The position numbers and the translations under genes were made by a program. From assembly GCA_035936995.1 (NCBI GenBank), contig DASYVR010000024.1, positions 7,276-71,275 on the forward strand: a stretch of 64,000 nucleotides of DNA. The letters are read 5' to 3'. Numbering within the stretch: position 1 is the stretch's first letter; each line of letters begins with the position of its first letter. The stretch is from Candidatus Dormiibacterota bacterium. GTDB lineage: Bacteria; Chloroflexota; Dormibacteria; CF-121. The notes beneath the pieces were generated by a model that was given only the letters and a program-made list of their open reading frames with translations, was not told the DNA's origin and did no database searches. Of the stretch, positions 62,855-64,000 are shown one piece after another.

Positions 62855-64000
62855 CTACGCGGCTGCCGGTCCCGTTCGTGCTCGCCGGCTCACCGCCACC
62901 GCCAGGGCCCCGGCGCCGAAGACCAGCGCCGCCAGGCCAACGAGCGCGCCGAGCACCGGAATGAGGCCGACGACCGCGAGCACGAAGAGCCCGCCCAGAA
63001 GCGCAAGGACGTCGTGGTACCGACCCCAGCCCAGCTGGGCGAAGATCAGGCGCCCGAGCAGGAAACCCGAGACGACGTAACCGACCGCCAGCGCCAGGAT
63101 CCAGAGCGGGATAAGCAGGAGCCCGAGCCACCAGAAGCCGATGAAGATCCCGACAATGAACACGATCAGGGCCACGATCGGCGTGACCACCAGGACGGCG
63201 GCCCCGATGCCCAGGCTGAGCCACGGCTCCGATCGCAGGACGTCGATGCTGCGGGTGCTGAACCGAGGGAGCAGCAGGATCAGCAGCAGGCCGAGCGCGA
63301 AGATGCCGATCAGCGCCCGCAGCCAGCCGACGAAGTTATTGCCGGCCCGAGCGGCCCCGCCGTCCGTCGGGGTGTGGCGGGTCGTCGTCCCGGCGACACG
63401 CGCGCCGTTCACCTGCTGGACCGGGTTGTTGCTGGTGTAGTCGAGGTTGCCGCCGATCTGGGCGCCGTCGAGCTTGAGATGGTCGACCCGGCCGAGGACG
63501 TCTCCACCGACGCGGTTCCGGAGCGTCAGGGTGCCCGCTGCCATCCGGATGTTACGGGCGACCGGCGCCGAGACCGTCGCGGTTCCACCGGCCACCACCA
63601 GGTCACGCCCGATGGTGCCGCCGGCGCCCACGTCGATCATGCCTCCGGTGACCACGATATCCTGTGCGACCGGCCCGTTCAGCGTCAGGTTGCCGCCGCC
63701 CGCGATGATGCTGCCGCCCACCCGACCGGTCACATTGATGGTCCCGCCGCCGAGGATCAGATCGCGGGTGACGTTTCCGGACACCGTGATCGTCCCACCG
63801 CCGGCGAAGACGCTCCCGTTGACCGTTCCCTGGATGCTGATCGTCCCGCCACCGGCGTAGATATCGTCGTTGACCGTCTCACCGGGACCGACCGTAACGT
63901 CGGAGCCCTGACGAAGGTCGGCGGCCGCCGCCTCGAGCGGCAGCCAGGCAAACAGTGCCGCGACGATGATCGATCCGGCCAGCGCCGCCAACCAGCGGCG
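62855..64000 (-). CDS. Exported bactofilin-like (polymer-forming beta-helix repeat) domain fused to a polytopic membrane domain; 5' end probably just outside the window
   Basis: Repeats GGGTISIQGTVNGSVFAGGGTITVSGNVTRDLILGGGTINVTGRVGG... are followed by about six hydrophobic helices. The frame is open to 64000 (RRWLAALAGS...). Confidence 0.65.
   Translation of the reverse strand, partial: RRWLAALAGSIIVAALFAWLPLEAAAADLRQGSDVTVGPGETVNDDIYAGGGTISIQGTVNGSVFAGGGTITVSGNVTRDLILGGGTINVTGRVGGSIIAGGGNLTLNGPVAQDIVVTGGMIDVGAGGTIGRDLVVAGGTATVSAPVARNIRMAAGTLTLRNRVGGDVLGRVDHLKLDGAQIGGNLDYTSNNPVQQVNGARVAGTTTRHTPTDGGAARAGNNFVGWLRALIGIFALGLLLILLLPRFSTRSIDVLRSEPWLSLGIGAAVLVVTPIVALIVFIVGIFIGFWWLGLLLIPLWILALAVGYVVSGFLLGRLIFAQLGWGRYHDVLALLGGLFVLAVVGLIPVLGALVGLAALVFGAGALAVAVSRRARTGPAAA

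Overview
High-GC, densely coding bacterial chromosome segment with about 75 protein-coding genes and 3 tRNAs (Gly-UCC, Pro-UGG, Leu-UAA). I found no rRNA, CRISPR array or recognisable mobile element. The gene content suggests an actinobacterium-like or Chloroflexota-like soil organism: F420 biosynthesis (cofD-cofC-cofE) with three putative F420-dependent enzymes, an ECF42-type sigma factor with a YciI/DGPF partner, a ClgR-like regulator with ClpP, and a GT87/DUF2029-like membrane protein. Housekeeping blocks include hemB with a hemC-hemD fusion, murI, a polyprenyl synthase, tatA/tatC, rph/rdgB, uppP, a thiolase and proline dehydrogenase. Many long ORFs in the track are shadow ORFs typical of high-GC DNA, or composites of a real gene plus spurious upstream extension; I trimmed these to motif-supported starts. 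Main points for a second look: (1) two otherwise intact genes each carry one in-frame TGA where a conserved Trp codon is expected; (2) operon junctions are mostly NTGA stop/start overlaps, and two are CTGA with no canonical start available; (3) an ApbE / bis-heme ferric-reductase-like / NuoF-like / ferredoxin cluster has no recognisable flavinylation substrate; (4) an ASKHA-like, BchI-like AAA+ and VWA trio lies directly upstream of an F420-type LLM oxidoreductase; (5) several unusual fusions occur (HD-GYP-GAF-degenerate GGDEF, MoaD-MoaE, HemC-HemD, Trm112-GT2-methyltransferase). Family assignments rest on motifs I recognise by eye. No database search was run.
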